DNA of 64,000 bases from Oopsacas minuta (lineage: Eukaryota > Animalia > Porifera): assembly GCA_024704765.1 (NCBI GenBank), contig JAKMXF010000315.1:1-64000 (forward strand), in the 5' to 3' direction. Positions 23,771-36,492 of the stretch are shown piece by piece (position 1 is the stretch's first letter; each line of letters begins with the position of its first letter). A program made the position numbers and the translations under genes. Under the pieces are notes generated by a model. That model did not search any database, had not been told where the DNA came from, and was given only the letters and a program-made list of their open reading frames with translations.

Positions 23771-24268
23771 AGTTGGTTTTTGATGGATTGGTAGTAGTGT
23801 TGTGACTACTACCAAGTGATTGCTGAACAATTTCTAGGTTTGTTAATATTCGGACACAATCTAAACCAAGGCTACTGGCAATCCTAACTCGCATATCAAT
23901 GATAAAGTTTTTATGGAATCATTTAACATGTTTACTGTCAGACTGATTGGATTCCTGATGGCTGTATCCAAGAGTACAGCAGGTATAGATCTATCCTTTT
24001 GAGGTTCTGTAAATTGAAAACCTGGATAAAATCGTGCTCAGCAGAATTATGGATGTATATTCCTTTAGGCATAGCTTATGAGGGGGCAGACCACTTGGCG
24101 TGATGGAATTTAACTTGGTAGAGGGTTGCCTGCTCCTCGGGTACAAAGTCTGCACTTAAGAATGTTCTACCCTCTCCAGGTAACATTCATAACGTATTCG
24201 TTGATGAAATTGACAGTGTCATTTTAGGAGACATCAATATAAGGCAATCAGCGTAATCGAGATTATCG

Positions 24269-24872
24269 GTGCTAGGACACCTTGCCGAAAGACATCTAGC
24301 CGAAGGGATATTTTACCGAACTCAATAAGATTATTGTTTGGTTATATTGATATCAAAAGGGATGTGTATGTGTAAACAAACTATCTTGTTGATATCAAAA
24401 GGGGGGGTGTATGTGTAACCATCGGATGAATAGTCACGATCATAACGAAATCAAGAAATAATGACAAATTCTCTCCACTTGTAAAGAGTATAAATGCACT
24501 CATTCAACAGTAGATCTTCTCCTATAGCTAATGGCATCAAACAGCCACATCTTCGGACAATTGCCAACCAAAACACACCATCCAACACTCCAGGAGGCCA
24601 AGATCAGATCCTCAATTTGCACGTCAAGATCTTAACGAATCCAAGAAATAATGCCAATTTCTCTCCACTTAGTGTGCGTATAAATCCCCTGACAACCAAT
24701 ATTGTCGCTATTTTAAGAAATTCCAATTCAACATCATGCAACACTCATCATATCGCTACACTACATACTGAGCATGCACACTCGACTTTTGATATATGCA
24801 ATACTAGTACTTAATTAATTTTCGGCATGATATACTTTCGGCTAGATGTCTTTCGGCAAGGTGGGCGGACAC
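24269..24872. mobile_element. 604-bp non-autonomous Mutator-like element with a 10-bp TSD
   Basis: Subterminal IR ACCTTGCCGAAAGACATCTAGCCGAA and its reverse complement; GAGATTATCG at 24259-24268 and 24873-24882. Confidence 0.8.
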
Positions 24873-25231
24873 GAGATTATCGTAGTTCACTTTAATAAAC
24901 AGCAGATATTCATCACCAATGGAGTTACCAGTTACAATAATGCCTGAGGTAAATGGATCATTTATCTTCACTCTCAGGCTCAGTGCCTTCTCCGACCCTC
25001 AATGGAAAATCAGAGAAATCACAAACCTAAATTAAGTCGTGGGAAGAAATTGTGTGGTGACGCACGTTAATACTAAGTTTCTGATCATGAACATGCCTCC
25101 AGAGACATGCTGATGCAACATCAAATTGTGTCCCATGTCTGCCTTTGAGTCATAGAGGCCTCATCCCTAACCAATAGCTTAAAGCGCTGAATGGGTTTGG
25201 CTAAGGCAGGTTGTGTAGATATACTGCACGC

Positions 25232-25895
25232 TAGGGTGCATTAGTTGCCCCTTTCGTCTAAAAACAAACGTCGCTTATTCCTATTACGTTATCTATACTC
25301 TATTGATTCATCATGCACAATCTCAATGAAATCCATGAAGATTTAGTAGTAGTACAATATATTTTTGGAATTTTAGAGCTTTTTGTCCGGTTTTCGTCAA
25401 ATTTTGGTGGAAAATGTAGGTCGATCTTGTCTAGATATCTGAAAACTTGGAATTGAGTAGTTTGGGGTGGGTTTATGTTGGTGGATAACATTATTCGATA
25501 ACCAATCATGTACAGTTTAGGAGAAATTAGCGAAAATAGTTGGTGTCGGTGGTGGTATGATATCATCAATTGAAGCGATTCCATTAATATCTTCTAAACT
25601 GTACAAGATTGGTTATCAAAGTGGTTTTATTGACCTGCATAAAACCACTCCCAAACTACACAATTCCAATTTTTCAGATCTCTAGCCATGATCAAACTTC
25701 ATTTTTCACCAAATTGGGTAGAAACCGGAAAAACACCACAACAATCCTACACAATCTCAAAATACTATCGCGGTACCACTGAATCATTGTGGATTCCATT
25801 CAAATTCTATATGGTGAATCAATACCGCATAGGGAACCTAAATAGTAGCAAATGGACATAAGCTTTCAAATAAAAGGGGCAACAGAGACACCCTA
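25232..25895. mobile_element. Fold-back hAT MITE (TAGGG termini, imperfect IR over nearly its whole length)
   Basis: TAGGGTG..GTTGCCCC and GGGGCAAC..CACCCTA; flanks CTGCACGC and TTGCACAC (6/8 match); internal arms such as GATAACCAATC and GATTGGTTATC. Confidence 0.75.
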
Positions 25896-26327
25896 TTGCA
25901 CACACATATCTCATTCAGTCTTATTGGGACCTACAGTCTTGAATGAACAGTCCTACAACCTTGTAGCAGGAGTGCTGCTATTCCAGATGAAGCTATGGTT
26001 AGTGTTTAATCAGAACGAGGACGAACAGTAACTAACTATGTGTTTTAAACAAATGCTTTACTTGTCCCGCCAAGTCCATTAATCCTTGAAACTATCACCA
26101 CTTTAGAAACTTTTCAACCACATTCTATTATTCACGAAGAGTATTCTTCACATTATTTAGATATATCTATATCTACAGTGTGGCCTTGTTTAATACGAAC
26201 ACCAACTTGCGGTATAAATTTGTTACCATTATCCGCAGTTCATATAAGCTATAGGATAGACTACTAAAAATATTTGTCTAATAGTAAAAGTACTAGGGAT
26301 GTAGTAATAGCTAAATATTTTAATGTA

Positions 26328-26964
26328 GGGCGCATTCATTAGGTCGAATTTGATGTGTTGGCATTAGCTAGAATGTAAAATGTATGCATTATGTTGAACT
26401 TTGATGTTGTCGATAGATCAAATTCTATTTTAGCTGTGTTGACGATAGTTGAATTCGATTATAGGTATGGTGTCGATAGATCGAATATATTTAGCTATAA
26501 ATATTTCTTTTTGAGGCCATTTCCTATTTGGGTAACACTGAATGCTTCCCTAAATTCTAGAAGAACCTAAACAAACGGTATAAAACGAAAAATTACAGCG
26601 ATCAGACGTTTGCAAAGTTTTCGAATAATTAATCCAACAAAAGTCCATCCAAACACAAATTAGCATGGATTCCACATCTCCATCCCTGGGCAGCTTAATA
26701 ACGAGTACAAATGAAAACTCTCAGATCCATAAGGTAGTGGACTAAATCCCTAATCCCATCCCAATGGTATGGGTATATAATTAATACAATAAGAAGTCCT
26801 ATCCCGTCCTCGTTTCTATAAATCCATTTTTCTATATCGATCTATCGACAACATAGCTAAAATAAATTCGATCTATCGACAACATAGCTAAATAAATTCG
26901 ATCTATCGACAATATCGAAATTCGACCTAACGCCAACACCAAAATTCGACCTAATGCAGCGCCC
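26328..26964. mobile_element. TIR element with tandem subterminal repeats
   Basis: GGGCGC..TTAGGTCGAATT and AATTCGACCTAA..GCGCCC; 30-31-bp unit TCGATCTATCGACAACATAGCTAAA(A)TAAAT repeated near 26838-26912 with mirrored copies at 26405-26490. Confidence 0.7.
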
Positions 26965-29900
26965 CCTTTATGTACTTAGTTATTTTATTTCCGTAAAAGT
27001 GTATTGTTGCCTGAATATATGTTTGCATATTTGTAGAACATCTAATTTTAAACCAACAAATGCAAAAAGTTTCAGGAGATCGAAGAACATGTGAACTAAG
27101 AAGACTACAATATCACCAGGCGCAAGATTCACATGGGAAAAAGTAATAGAATTACTTAAGTAATTGCATTAATAACTAATTTGTCATAATTTTATTCTCT
27201 GTGAAAATGTATGAGTGTAAGAAGACAGGAGGGTAAGGTTCCGGATTGAAATAAGGTTGAAAACCACTGAGAATCTAAACACTAGTGTATGAAACCCTTC
27301 AAGAACATGTATATTCAATATGCGGTACCATTTTATAATTATCAGCACACAATAGTCCAGGGCTCTCAACTCTAACGATTATTGTTCTATAAAACATAAA
27401 ATCCCCGGTCCTTTCATAAAAAACTAATACAAAAGCACTTTCTTTAATCAAGTCTAGACATACCAAAAAATATATATATACATACAGAGTAATTGCGTTT
27501 TATTAGTATAGATAATTACGGAATGACGAAGATTTGATTAAACTTCAGACACAGACAGGACATGTATATGCCAGTGAGTATATTCTCTACGACAATCAGA
27601 AAAATATGTTGCATAATCTGGAAACCTTTCCAATATACACTGTATCATTTACAGTTATAAGAACGTCGCCGATACTCGTATGAGTGACATAATCCGGAAA
27701 AACGGTTCGCATACTGGATATATCTAATGATCTTGTGCAGCCAGACAAGCATCGTTAAAGGTAACGTTTGTACGACCTAACTAAAAACAGAGTTGTTTAA
27801 ATTAACTACCTAGAAACTCACTGGTTGGCCAGTAAGTAAATTAGTTAACTGTCTTATACATTTGAATTTGTGACTATCGTTCAAGTTTACTTTTGGCCAC
27901 TGGGGATATACCGTTGCTGGTTGCGTTTCCATTGTCTAGGATTGCGAAGCCTGAAATGAATAACCACGAGTAGAAGTACTCACAAAGATCAATGTACCTT
28001 GCCTTTGAGAGCTTTCGAAAATATCAGAATTACTTTTGAGTGCAGTGTGCAGAAAAGAGTATTCGTGCTGCCCAAATTGTATAGTTTGAATAAAAGTGAG
28101 GAGGGGTTGGAACCAAGCTGTCAAATAAGTAGAATTGCTCGCCTAACATGATGAGGTAATAAACGTGGTGACGTAGACAAATTGGACGGCCAGCTAGCTC
28201 GCAACTTAATGGTTAATCTTCGTGACTAATAGTAAAATAGTTGTCAAGAACACTTAGTAATAGATCTTCATGTTTACTAAATACACTGGTATGACTAGGC
28301 TCGCCACAAGGTATGTTATCCTCACTAAGGAAAATTAGATGTCCTACTTCAATAGCTATAAGTAGAGGGATGGACTCAAATATTCCAGTATTCTTTCGTA
28401 TCTATCTGTATCTGTGCATTGACAATATGTGTGCACATTCAAGGGAGTAGATTAGAATTGATAGACTATTCAATGTTCACAATAACCTGGCCGAATAGCA
28501 CTATCTTTCAATCCCAATAAAATAGGTTGTTACATTTATCACAAATGAAATGTATATATATATAGATTCTAGTGCATGTGTCTAGTTCACTAAGGCATTT
28601 AATGTAAACGCCCTCAGTGCCAAAAATCGTAATGATCAAGACCTTTACCCAGGTTATCTGCATACCCATTTGTGAGGCGCTATAATTTCCAAAAATTATC
28701 GAAATCAAACTCCTCAATGTAAGACATAAACTGATGAAACTGGCTTCAGATGAATGGTACCGGTAAAGTAGCATGTACCAGTAATCTTTGTTTTGAATTT
28801 ACAAATAATGGAGACTCTAACCAAAACTAGATGAATTGAAACTGCAAGTATGTTGTCGCTATATAGCAATACTTTACAATCTTCTTTCTATAAAAACCTG
28901 CAAAGAAAGATGAACGATTGATAAACTTAGATGTTCTTTCCGGTTGTAGTTCCATACCATGATGAAGTTGTCGAATTAAACAACTAGTTCCACACAATAT
29001 ATCGATATTATATGATGATTTATTCACTCAAAATGCTACAGCACAAGAACTCAGTGGTGACGAGATTACACATTTGCTGTGGTTCTACCAGTTGTTATCA
29101 GTTAATTGTTACAGTCGAAGAATTTCAAATCGACTTGGAATATTATACAAAAACTGCCTATGGGAATATAACAACATTATCTAAAAGAATACCTGCCCAC
29201 ATGACAACATTCTTCCTCAGGAGTTATCGTTGTGTATTCTTTAGGATTTCTTTAATATTTCCTCAGTGCACCACACACAACTCATCAGAGGTTTCTTGCT
29301 CGACATTTCAAAGATAACATATGTGTTGCCTATCATTCATAGAGTTAGAATATCAAAACTGTTATATTGTTGAAATTTGGGACGTACTTTTGTTATTCGT
29401 GATTTGGCTGCTTTTGAGACAGTCGCAGTTTCTAATCAATAACTGCGGGATTTTTGAATGGGAATCTTGGAAGTTTTGACTTCTTGACGGATCTTTGTGC
29501 GTATTGAGATGACTTGGTGTATTAATATCTGAAATTGTATAAGGTCCAAAATAATTTTGTCCGCCTTGTTCAGGTTAATCTTTTTGCTTTGTAACATTCT
29601 CATCTATTCTCTGAGCACCTTTTCAAATTCTGAACTAAAATATGATATAGAAGTATAATTGGAACGTTTGAATTAATAGAATAGAAAATGGTTTACAAAA
29701 ATATAATTACATAATCAACAATCTGTGCTATATAAATCAAAGCCATAACCATTAAGAAATTTGTGGTATCATTTATAAGGAAAGTATTTTCAATTACGTA
29801 AACTCACATACTACTTCTAACTTTCGCATCATAAGTTTTCATCTGAATAGTATGCTCTTTCTTGATGTGAATAGTTGAAATTCTCTCCAGCTCTCGTTTT

Positions 29901-31165
29901 TCTAAAAGATCTTCTAAGATATCCATTCATGCTCAATAATTGGTAGTTCTAATGGTAAATGTTTCTCCAGGGTAGTATTTCGTTATCAGTCTAAGTATAC
30001 TACAGATTAATAAATAATGGATAATCATTACATAAGGTCCATCTCATCATCAGATTGCTCTTGGGCGATATGAGATTCTTTGTAGCTCCAGTTACCAACT
30101 TAAAGAGTGCAAACGGTTCGCATTCTTCTCCAAACATCAACTAAAGGGCTTTGAACCAATAAATCTTTTAAACTGTGTATTTGGTAAAAAACAAACTGTT
30201 TGTAACTTTTCTGGCCAAAAGACTTCCCTTTCTAACTTCATCGTGTTGATTTTGCTATGGGAATAAATGTTTGACAATGGCAAAATCCAGGAATAAGAAT
30301 TTATCTATCATGAGAAGTATACAATTTGATGATTTTGTCATTTGCTTCATCAAAAAGGTACTCTAATGTTGATAAGCAGCAGTTTTTCCTATTGTCCAAC
30401 TTCTTTTCTTATGATAGTTTTGGAAAGGCTTAAAACTATAGAAACGTACAAGATTACGATACAAACGAATATTACAGATACGATAAATTGGGAAGCAAAC
30501 GACATATTTCGAGAAGAAATATCGATTAAAATGGACAAGATTATTATTTCAGGATGTTGCTTTAAATTACAAATGATCATTACATGTTTGCAACGAAATA
30601 GTCATCCAGGATCCATGAATATTATACCTATATATTATAAATAAAAATATAAATACTCGTACTCAGGGCATTATGGAAGTGGGACGGCCAGGCTCGCATG
30701 AAATATATTTTCACAATTAGCATCCATGTGTATAATTTGAATTTGGACTGCTGAGGTGGCTCCAGCGAATAAGATATATAATCTTAATCAACGATATTAA
30801 ATCTACATACTTTTGCAAGCCAAGGTGAAAACTTACAAACAAATATTCCGAGAATGCTAACTAATAAGCATAATTTAGTAAACAGTATCAAATTAGTTTC
30901 ACTGGACTATCCTGCTTCTTCAGTTCGTTGATGGTGTTGTATATGTAGTTTTAGGAACACAATCTGTTAGATAAATATCATGTAGTCTGTCTATTTTGCA
31001 GTCCTACAACCACAAACCTAGAAAGATAGCAACAGCAACAATCGTGTTGTGATACCCACATGAGTTAGCCGCCATGTCACAAACATAACAATGCTAGATA
31101 TTGATATAAGTATATAGAACAAGACATAATTAGTCACCCATAATATCAAGGAATAGCCCTTAGTC

Positions 31166-31403
31166 CACAGTGGCAAGAAATGGTTAAAACTTGGAAGTAG
31201 GTATTAGGGTGCTAGATAACGTATTAAACTATATTATTGACCTATGGGGAATCGTACCCAAGGAATCGATTGAAGTAACTAGATTTTTTCTAAGTCTTTG
31301 GGTGTGAAAGTAATGACGTCATTGTTACATTCAAAAATATTTTGATTTTTTATCGATTTGATTAAGGCCGATTTCTCAATAGTTCCCATTTTGCCACACT
31401 GTG
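31166..31403. mobile_element. 238-bp Transib-like MITE with CACAGTG ends
   Basis: Left CACAGTGGCAAGAAATGG; right end reverse complement CACAGTGTGGCAAAATGG; no clean 5-bp TSD (TAGTC versus TATGT). Confidence 0.5.
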
Positions 31404-31534
31404 TATGTCAAGTGTCAAATTTGCAATCTGCGTATTCTGATAGAACAGTTTCTAAATTTCTATTAAATTCTCAATATCAAGTTTGAAATTTCAAACCCTG
31501 TGTCACTTACTGTCACTTGTCAAAATATATTTAC

Positions 31535-31693
31535 GGGGCTGTTCAAACGTTATGCAACGCAAATTTCCCTAAATTTTATCCCGATCCTTGTGTCACACTT
31601 TTTCGCCATTTTGAAATACAAAAAAGATTGGGCTGTCACACTTTGCATAGCACCCTCCTCTCCTTGTAGCGTATGTAATGTTTGAACTGCCCC
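31535..31693. mobile_element. Short MITE with Harbinger/Tourist-like termini
   Basis: GGGGCTGTTCAAAC and GTTTGAACTGCCCC inverted ends; TSD not clear. Confidence 0.5.
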
Positions 31694-33028
31694 GCTGTAA
31701 ATAATATAATGTGGCTCAATGTTTCCTGAGTTGAAATGTTCAAAATAAACATTTAGTATCTAAATGAGAAGTCAATATACTGAGGTTTGCAAAACGAAAA
31801 ATCCAATTTTGACATGAGATATCTCTAAATCGTATGGTTTTACTTTATTGTCCCCTCAGATAATTAATAGACTGGATTGGTATTATATGTATCTACATTT
31901 CGCAGTGGCTAAATACTTTCGTTCAGGCAGGATACATATTTATGTCATGATTTTAATAGAGTTTAAACCATATGAAGGATGGTTTAAGAGAACTTGTTAA
32001 GTCTTTTCAATGAATTCCTAATATACGAAAATCCTATAATGTATATTTGTCAAATGGTAGTAGTGTTAGTTTTTCTATAATTGCTAATATATATAGGCCC
32101 CGTATTGTTTGCCCCTTAAATGTGATATATAGTACTGTATCTTAATAATATATCATCTATGAAATATTTTCTTGGCATTGTTTGTACTTCATTCTTCAAG
32201 GACTGGAGCCCAGGTTGGCCATGTCCCCAGATTTTAATGAAAAATGTCGCAAAATTGCGTTTTCTGTGTGTTCAATATTTAGTTACTCTGTAAGAATTAT
32301 CTTTATTATCTGAATATATTTTTGGTCACATGTACAGTGACTAGGCTAATGATAATCATTATAAAAAAATATTTTGAAAATTTAGCTGACCCAGCCACGT
32401 ATTCCTAAAATTTGATAGATAACTATTTAACAAGTGAGCATTCGTCGTTTCTAATAATAAAAATATAATAGCGCTCACTCTAAACTAGAATCTTTATTGT
32501 AACATTTATATTCTAAAGATATCGCCAAATATCTGTATATATTTCAAAATCTCTGAATATGGTGATATACCACAGGTATGTTTACCGATTCATTAGATTA
32601 GATCACAGTCTGCTTAATCATTTTTGGTACTTAGCAAATTTTTTCGAATGTACCTGCCTGGGTATACGAATTTTATCACGTAAACTATCACATTTTCAAT
32701 GGTAACAGTAATTAGAAATCAAAAATTCTAATGGATTCAATATTAGTGTAGACTATTCTAACATATATAATTTCCATGGATCAGAACGATAAACTTTACA
32801 GAACCTGGGCACCAGGAAACTGAATAATAGACATTGGCATAATAGAGGAAAATCCCGATATGTTGCAATTTCTGTGATGCATAGCAATTTTGAGGCATTC
32901 TTAGAAGCTTATCATTTTATAAGATAGATTATCTCCAATTCGAAAAATGCAACCCTGAACCTTAATATATATCTTTTGCGTAATATTTTATGTAGCTTCC
33001 TAGAGTATATTTTACTTAGGTTCATTTC

Positions 33029-33769
33029 ATGAACACTGATCCTGATCAATTAGGTTCTCCTCTTTATACAGTTCCGCCCTTTGTCTACTTCAACTATATT
33101 TTCCCTTCTTTCAGCTTTTTGCAATTATTAGTTCTAAAAAGCGTATGTAAACTATGGCAGAATTTAATAACCACTTATTTTCATCATTACTTAAAGGTAC
33201 TGGATTTTAATGGCGTTGAGCATCTCCTGGAAAAGGATAATTTTATTAAGATAATTCGCCAATTTTCGAGAGTTGAAGAACTTAGTCTATATCAATGTTG
33301 GAAAGCTGTTGATGCTGAATCTGTATCAATATTAGCGTTTTGTCTTCGAAAGTTGGTTTATTTAGACATTAGTCATTGTAGAGGGATAGATAATTCCGGT
33401 TTATCATCTATTGCTTTCTTTTGTACAGCATTGACTGAGATCAATCTGAATAATTGTTATAATATCGACGATAATTCAGTTATTCAAGTTTCTCTTGGTT
33501 GTACACATTTGAGAATTTTTCATGCATGCTCATGTTTCGGGATTTCAAACTCCTCTATCTGTTTTCTGCTAGATACATGTCCTGATCTTTGCTATCTTGA
33601 TATTGCTTATTGTTTACACATTTCGGATAAATTAACCCGTCATATTATAGACAAGAACTCAACTTCCCTGAAGCTTCTTCGGTTAACTGGGTGTACTAAT
33701 GTTTGTATTTCACAGATAAATTTGAATATTCTTATTAATTTAGGTATCTTTGTGAATACCTGTTTTTGA
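33029..33769 (+). CDS. F-box/leucine-rich-repeat protein, single exon, 246 aa
   Basis: N-terminal F-box-like IFPSFSFLQLLVLKSVCKLWQNL followed by about six Cys-containing LRRs (LDISHCRGIDN, INLNNCYNIDD, LDIAYCLHISD, LRLTGCTNV). Confidence 0.85.
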   Translation: MNTDPDQLGSPLYTVPPFVYFNYIFPSFSFLQLLVLKSVCKLWQNLITTYFHHYLKVLDFNGVEHLLEKDNFIKIIRQFSRVEELSLYQCWKAVDAESVSILAFCLRKLVYLDISHCRGIDNSGLSSIAFFCTALTEINLNNCYNIDDNSVIQVSLGCTHLRIFHACSCFGISNSSICFLLDTCPDLCYLDIAYCLHISDKLTRHIIDKNSTSLKLLRLTGCTNVCISQINLNILINLGIFVNTCF

Positions 33770-33822
33770 AAATATTTAATACTGACACATATTAGCAAAT
33801 TACGTTTGTATAAATGTAATAA

Positions 33823-34000
33823 CGAGCCATTTCGCTTGCTCGCGCTGCGCGGCTTGCGAACGCTGTGTTTCATATAACTAGGTACTTTGTGCCTGGAATT
33901 TTTCATCAGAATATCTATGATTTACACACGAGTACATTGAAAGTGCGAAATTCCGAATTAGCGTACTTGATTACCCTATTCTACCAATTGAAAGCCAGTT
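33823..34000 (-). mobile_element. 3' end of the Helitron-like repeat family
   Basis: Minus strand GC-rich hairpin CGCGC-A-GCGCG ending GGCTCG|T; homologous by eye to 44600-44760. Confidence 0.5.
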
Positions 34001-34845
34001 TCTAGGACTATTTAGAAATTTCTTTTCTTTGTGCACATCAAAAACAACGAATATTCACAATGCGTTGTCGAAAATATCTTATTTAAATAATCGTACACGA
34101 TTACCATATTATAACCGCTGAAGTAAGTTTTTGGGAATATTTAGAGATTTTATTCTGTGGCTAAACAACAAAATTTAGTACGTTTTTGACAATCTATATT
34201 TGCAATCAGCCAACAAATCCTATAATACCTGTGAAACGAATTCACTGCATAATTTTGCAATATCATCTCTAAAGTGTGAAAATATGTTAATCTTGTGACA
34301 ACAAGTATTTGTCTCATGTTGTTTACAATATCATATTCGGAATCAGAATACTCAGTTACCCCGAAGTAATTGTTTACTTTGCCTATATTTAGGGCATTGG
34401 AATCTAGATCCTTTTAGAGGATCGAAAGAGGATTGTCGATCCATTTGAAAATAGGATCGTGATCGGGATTGGATCGATAATTTTCTGAAAAGATGTCGAG
34501 CATTCCAAATATTTACAAGTAGTGCTATATTCTTAATTAGGTAGGACTGACTAACGAGCACAATTTGTTGCTAACTCTAAACTCTCAATTCTATCTTCAT
34601 GCTTCTATTAAATTAGCTCAATGATCCACAATCCAAAAGGAAGAGTAACAAATAATGGACAGTGTAAACCTGTTTCTCTAATATACCAGGTGTTACATCT
34701 TTAAGTATTTCTCAGGTAGTGAATAAATTACATATATTGCCACAATGTTTTCTTACTACACTTGCCTCAAATTGCTGTTAGCAATACCGGTTTCAGCTTA
34801 TGTAGAATGAAATTGTTACTATATACTAACAATATTTACGGTATG

Positions 34846-36138
34846 CAGGGTGGCTCTAAAGTTCTGATATAAACCATTTTGCCTATAATATTTTTCAGCA
34901 TGACCTACAACATTGATAATCTATATATAATTAATACATACTATTAGGAAGAGACTGCCTAGTCATTTTTCAATATAACCACCCTTCTTGGAAATGACAG
35001 CCCTGAGTCTGTTCGGGAATCCTTCTACTGAGGAACGCAGAGTTTCTTGGGGTATCTTCTCCCATTCTCGACACAAGGAAATCTTTAGAGAGCTAACTGT
35101 GTTATGTGACACAGAACAAGCCTTGTTTTCCAAGATAGACCATACAGAATAGTCCATGGGATTTAAATCGGGATTGTATGGTGGCCATTCATCCTTGTGT
35201 ATAAAGTTGGGAATATTGTGCTTCAGCTAATCTTGGGTCGTATTGGCCGTATGGGCGGGAGCACCATCTTGTTGGAGGACAAAATGAAAACATGGTCTGG
35301 CTCAGACCTTTTACCACAGGCTCTAATACAAGCTCTTGGTATGTTTTGACATTGATTTTCACTCCTGGGGGATGAAAATCAGTGGTGTCCGTCCAACAGC
35401 AGAGACCCCAGCCCAAACCATCACCGACAGCGGTTTCTTCATCCGACATATATCTGAACTTATCAGGGATCACTGAAACTGAGGTCGAGATGACTCTGTC
35501 GTTTTGGCTATTTGTAGCCTCTTCAATGGTGAAAATTTTCTCATCTAAGAAAAGGGTATTTTCGAGAACCTCAATAGCGTGTAGAGCAAGTAGGCTCTTG
35601 CTCCGGGACACTCTCTTTTCTTCACCGACCCAGATAGGAATTGTACCTTTTGCGTTTAAAAGAGCGCATTCCTAGGTCCCTTTTAACAACCTTTTGTATA
35701 GCTCGGCGAGATATATTGAGCTCCAAGGCCATTTCCTCATCGAACGGTGTGGGTTCCGCCGAATCCGTTCTCGCACCACTTTCTTGAGAGCTGGGTCGTT
35801 ACAGAGCATTGACGACCAGACCTCGGCTTGTCTACAGTGTCCCCAGTTTCCTTATATCGATTTATCGTCCTGTAGATAAATGCCCTACGTCCTTTTGCAA
35901 TATTCAGCAGTTTCAAAATTTCTGAGGGACTTTCCCACCACATGCAACTCAATAATTGCTGACCTCTCAGATTCTATGGTCAATCACAATATTTTTCGAA
36001 ATAGTATACACTAAATTGAAATAATATTTGTTAGGAAGCGTATAAGGTATGTCATGGAGGAGCAAACCATTGAGAATACTTCCTGATAATGGTTGTATAT
36101 TAATTGTGATTTTGTATCAGAACTTTGGAGCCACCCTG
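34846..36138 (-). mobile_element. maT-type (DD37D) Tc1/mariner element, 1293 bp, dead transposase, copy A
   Basis: CAGGGTGGCTC TIRs at both ends; LDEKIFT..SQNDRV, QDGAPAH then 37 residues to PMDY; TAG at a conserved Trp; inner flank TA (36139-36140), outer flank mutated. Confidence 0.95.
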
Positions 36139-36492
36139 TACATATCCATTCCCTTGCAAAAATTTAAGTTTCGCACATATACGATATTCAAAAATACTAT
36201 TCGTCAATCATTATGACCGCTAAGTTGTAACATAAAAATTCGCTATTTCACACTACCAAGCCATTGTGCATTCGGATAAATCGGGTTCGAAGTCTTAGAG
36301 TAGGAGAGTCATTTTTCGTGAGTAGCAGATTCATGTACACTATGGTTAGATAAAACGTGCTTAATACGAATATCTATATTATTAAGAACTCAATTATTGT
36401 ATTTGTTTGTTTGTCCACTTTGTATTATAATCACAAGGGTAATAGATCTATGTATAGAAAATTTATCCCTCTGTTGGCAATGTAGGTAGGGC

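Larger units (their letters stand above)
24030..26130 (-). pseudogene. Helitron PIF1-family helicase relic interrupted by two MITE insertions
   Basis: Degenerate Walker A INGLGGTSKAF (about 26070), IASSGIAALLLQGCRTVHS (about 25970), LLVRDEASM (about 25160), LPGEGRTFLSAD and SITPSGLPPHKLCLK (about 24060-24190); motif order is restored when the insertions are removed. Confidence 0.85.

Noticed and set aside
26838-26912. 30-31-bp repeats as a CRISPR array
   Set aside because: Units are head-to-tail without unique spacers, mirrored on the other arm, and no cas genes are present.
27600-28130. Possible LTR-retrotransposon integrase relic
   Set aside because: Only a weak DNG-like motif; no LTR, HHCC or RT context could be confirmed.
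30330-30600. Hydrophobic minus-strand ORF resembling a GPCR TM5-TM6 fragment
   Set aside because: Too short, no diagnostic motif, and AT-rich DNA easily gives hydrophobic translations.
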